NCBI GenBank assembly: GCA_030141605.1
Contig: JAQGDQ010002376.1
Span: 416,422-480,421 of the forward strand
Direction of reading: 5' to 3'
Source: Tubiluchus corallicola
Taxonomy: Eukaryota > Animalia > Priapulida
Length of the DNA stretch: 64,000 bases
Both the position numbers and the translations under genes were made by a program. Positions 60,208 to 64,000 of this stretch are shown here, in pieces (position 1 is the stretch's first letter; every line of letters begins with the position of its first letter). Below the pieces are notes generated by a model that saw only the letters and a list, made by a program, of their open reading frames with translations, searched no databases and was not told where the DNA came from.

Positions 60208-62043
60208 CTGACAAAACATGACTACAATATAATGTATGGGGTTTGCCTGCAATTCCTGAGCCCCAGTAAGCCCCCCCCCCCCCACTAAAAATACATCAAA
60301 GGAAAATGTGTAGGTAAGCAAGAGACTTGAATAGTGATCTCATTAATACAGAGCATTAACAAATTAGCCAAAACTAATAACCTAAAATTGAAGAATAGGC
60401 ATGCATAAAATATCAAAACACTTTGTCACCATTAAACACAAGCTATTTCATGTTTGTACATTCATTGACTGATTTATCTATCATTTATTTCGCTTGTTTT
60501 AATGTTAGTATGGGGTTTTGTAGTCTATGATGCCCTGGTGTGTGAACCCAGTTAGTCTATATGTAAGTATGGCACTGGCCCAGACACATACGATTAATGT
60601 ATTGTGAAATTATAACAAAGTACTTTTATATTTTAGGATTATATAAAAATTATCATTTCACTGCTAGAATCATTGATTATGTTTTAGTATTTAGGTAAAT
60701 AAAGACACAGGGACCCCTATTTATTTTAGTTTCTAATTATTATGGGAGCAGTCACTCACTGTTGGTCTGAATAGTTAACCGAAGATATGACACTGGATCC
60801 AAAGGCTATGGACCACAGAAATAGAGAAATCCTACTGCGCAGCAGTTTGCGCAGTTAGTGTCGCCCTAGTGGCACAGCAGTATGGACTGTTGTTGTCAGG
60901 TACGCTATAGCGCAAGCTGTTCGCACACCGGTGTGTACTGTAACAGATGAATTGATGAGACCACCAAAGTCAGGCCGGTCGACAGGTGCTCATAAATTGC
61001 TCAGCAGTGAGTTGCAAAATCACAAATAAAAATATCTTTTTGAATTTCCCAAGGATGCAGCCAGGTAATTATAACAAAATGCTAATTGTAACACAGTTTT
61101 GTAACTTTTGTTACAAGTTAAATATTTTGTTCATTAAGCAAAGACTGCAAGGCCTACATCTGTCTTTGGCGATTTATAGCAGCTGTTATGAGTTGGAGTT
61201 GGTTATAAAATCACGTTGAACAAACGGAGATGCATTTACGACATTACTCCTCTTTTTTATTGTCAGTGAACAAAAAATAACTAAACGAAACATTAGAGCT
61301 GTCATCCTAAGCAGCTGACATTACTTCCACCTAACTACTAACAACTAACTAACAAGGTCAAAACCAAGTAACAGAATTCAGGTGAGAAGCCAACCTGGCG
61401 CATAAATTAGAATCGCATAACATCTTATATATCATGTGTAGACGTCACTTATATTTAGCCTAATTTTTTTAAGATCCAATTAGGTTTACGTCAAAATAAA
61501 TGTTCATTAAATACAGTTTGTTTACATGTAAAAAATGTACTGGTATAAGCGTACTAATAAAACACCTGTGGCTAAATCCACAGACAAGTCTTGATAAATA
61601 TTATTTAGTGATAGGCTTAAATTAATTGATTTTATACAAGCCTGTGTGCTAAGGGCAATCATTTTATATAGTTAAATATATAGGCTCAGCTTCATAGAAT
61701 CTTTGTATGTAATAATGCATACATCATACATGTATATGAGTGTGTGTGCATGGGTGTATCAAGATGTTACGACGCCCTAGGCTGGTAGTTCAATCCCACT
61801 CATCTCTACTACTGTATTTATTATTAATGTATGGAGCACCGTATGCAATTACTTGTTGTGTGCATGCGTGCGTGTGCACATTATTTATATAAAACCTACA
61901 ATATAATATATGTGTAATTATATAGATTAATTGCAGGGCACGTAAATGGGTGCAATTTTTAATGTGCCAAATCCGCTACCTCTCATTTGGAGTAAAACAA
62001 CCAAGAAACAAATGGCAGAACCTTCAACAAAAGGAAGAAGGAT

Positions 62044-62198
62044 CTCTCTCTCTCTGTGTGTGTGTGTGTGTGTGTGTGTGTCTGTCTCTCTCTCTCCCTC
62101 CCTCCCTCTCTCTGTCTATCTCTCTCTCTCTCTTCCTCCCTTTCACTGTTTCTCTTTCTTTCCCTCCCTCTCTTTCTCTCTAAGAGAGGGAGGGAGAG
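62044..62198. repeat. Compound (CT)n(GT)n microsatellite and polypyrimidine tract
   Basis: Seen directly in the sequence. Confidence 0.95.
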
Positions 62199-62953
62199 AA
62201 AAATTAATAAATCAATAAAAATGCATTACTTTGCATTACTTATTTACATAGTAGGCAGCCCATCACGCAGTCAGCTAGCCTCTTTCCTCAGGAAGAACAA
62301 TAAAATTTTACTTCCAAGAAAACTGAAGAAGTATTTGCAAGTACATAATACAAATTTATTGCTACAATTTTTTCCTTTTCATGAAATGTTTTCAGTTTTT
62401 TTTAAACTAATAATTGCTTTTAATTGAGATATTCTTCTTTTATTAAAAACGCAAAAGTGATTTTGGCTTATCGAAATTGCGCGTATGGCCAACATTATTG
62501 GTGAACCTAAGAATATTATTAATGCAGTCAACGCGCCGCTCAAAATTTTTTAATCATCCGCCGTTCGATGCCGCCAGCGTAGCCGCTAATCGCAAAAACG
62601 AAATACGTAACAAAAGGATTTCATCACTTCCTCTTTTTACACTTTGACTGGATCAGTCCGTAAAAAAGATTGCTGCTCTTGCCGTAGCATTCGTTGAGTT
62701 TGCCAGGATAATTTTGTCCAGACTCCTAAATGCTGTTAGAGTAAGTCATGTGTGTATTAAAAGTTCTTCGTTAGGTATGAATTGCTTATCTATTAACTTT
62801 GGCTTCCTTGAGACTTGTGACAGCGTACCTCGTTAGCGATTTCAGGTTAGTAATAGTTGGTTAATAAAGTCACTAACAGGAAACATCAAAACTGCACAGA
62901 TTTATGAAAAATAAACTATTTTATTAAAAACAGTAAAGAAGTTTCACAGCAAC

Positions 62954-64000
62954 AGGCACATAGCATGCCATAAAGGAAAAGAATTGTCAGTAAGTGTCAA
63001 AGTGCAAAGAATTCCTCATTTGCAAGAACAGCGCAATATGTCACAGACAGTTAATGATGCCCCAATACCAACTCCTGAATTCAATTATTTGCATAACACA
63101 AACGAAATAGTTTTAGACAAAATTCCTATTAAGCAAGAACCCCTAGATTACTCCCTTGTGGAGGATGATACCTCCAGCCCTGTGCATGAAGAAGGTAGTA
63201 ATGTAGATGATGCTAACTTCTGTATTGAAGAATGTAACATAGAAGAGTTTTACCTTTCACCATATTTGGGTGAAAGCAACAAAGAGACAGTAGGTGAAGG
63301 CTGTTCTGCTATCACCATTAAGAAGGAAATGTCGCACTTCTTGTAAGTGGCTAATGAAAACTTTTATATTTACAAAATTGTCTGCAAAACTCACTTATAC
63401 TTATACTGCACAGTGTAGTGTACTATATTGCTAATTTTGTTTAATTGTTTGAACCTTGCACCACTTCTTTATTAAAATGTAGCGTAATTTATCCATATTT
63501 GTTGCACAAGTTATGGAAGCATGTTAAGACTATCGTATAACTCATGATAAGCTTTGGGTAAACCTTTGTAAAATGAGTTACTTGCTGCAGATGTTTTGTC
63601 ACATTTTGAATACAAAGATATTTATGGTTTCTTGCAGCAAAAATGTAAGTCATGTATCTATAAGATAAAAGTTGCTGGAGCTACATGTACTGCTTTTCGT
63701 TTGCTAGCAATTGGGTATTCCCAGCTCTAGTTCTGCTCAAGTGATATATAACGGGCTTCATGAAGCCAAGTGACCTGAATGATAAAGTCCTTGCTGCTTC
63801 AACCTCAGAAAGCATTGATGAGATAGTCTCCAAAAATCATCACATTAGTGTATTGTTTTACTCAGTATTAGTAATAGAGTTAGTGTCACTAACACTGTGT
63901 GTAATTTCAATATTATGTGTAAATTCAATCTGATGTGTTGTCTGTGTAAATCCAAGGTTAGTCGTTATGGTGCATGCACATTTGCTCTTCCAAACTATAA
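62954..64000 (+). repeat. Direct duplicate of 56108-57154 (ZNF C-terminal ~130 codons plus 3' UTR), running off the window end
   Basis: From aggcacatagcatgcc onward the sequence matches 56108-57154 at an offset of 6846 bp, with no differences seen by eye. ORF 62984-63346 equals the last 120 aa of the ZNF protein, has no true ATG start and contains no complete finger. Confidence 0.95.

Noticed and set aside
61946-62427. ORFs rich in CV and SL dipeptides (also YI-rich ORFs at 57698-58065)
   Set aside because: They are dinucleotide microsatellite translations.
62600-62730. Possible upstream RAD54B exon
   Set aside because: No frame resembles the expected TGTPIQN...NPGIL region.
62984-63346. 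An independent 120-aa gene
   Set aside because: It is an exact copy of the ZNF C-terminus starting at a TTG, with no ATG context or promoter evidence.

Overview
AT-rich animal (probably invertebrate) genomic DNA with spliceosomal GT-AG introns. I could reconstruct four protein-coding genes by hand. (1) A complete 5-exon VPS29 (- strand, 7973-11574). (2) Head-to-head with it, a complete 13-exon SEC14L2-like CRAL-TRIO/GOLD gene (+, 12845-29246). (3) The 3' half of RAD54B (-, 9 exons, 32879-60207; the 5' exons are not in the window). (4) Nested antisense in a 19.5-kb RAD54B intron, a giant gene with one coding exon (+, 44690-56500, 3936 aa) carrying about 110 C2H2 zinc fingers. Seventy-seven of these fingers are contiguous, and 64 of them form a regular (A)BCD 3/4-finger module grammar with no Arg at the base-contact positions. 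The last 1047 bp of the window are an apparently identical second copy of the ZNF gene's 3' end, either a recent duplication or an assembly artefact. Introns and intergenic DNA hold decayed LINEs, hAT/Tc1-mariner/Kolobok/Harbinger-like MITEs, 29- and 30-bp minisatellites and microsatellites. I found no rRNA, tRNA or CRISPR. All calls come from reading the sequence; no database searches were run.
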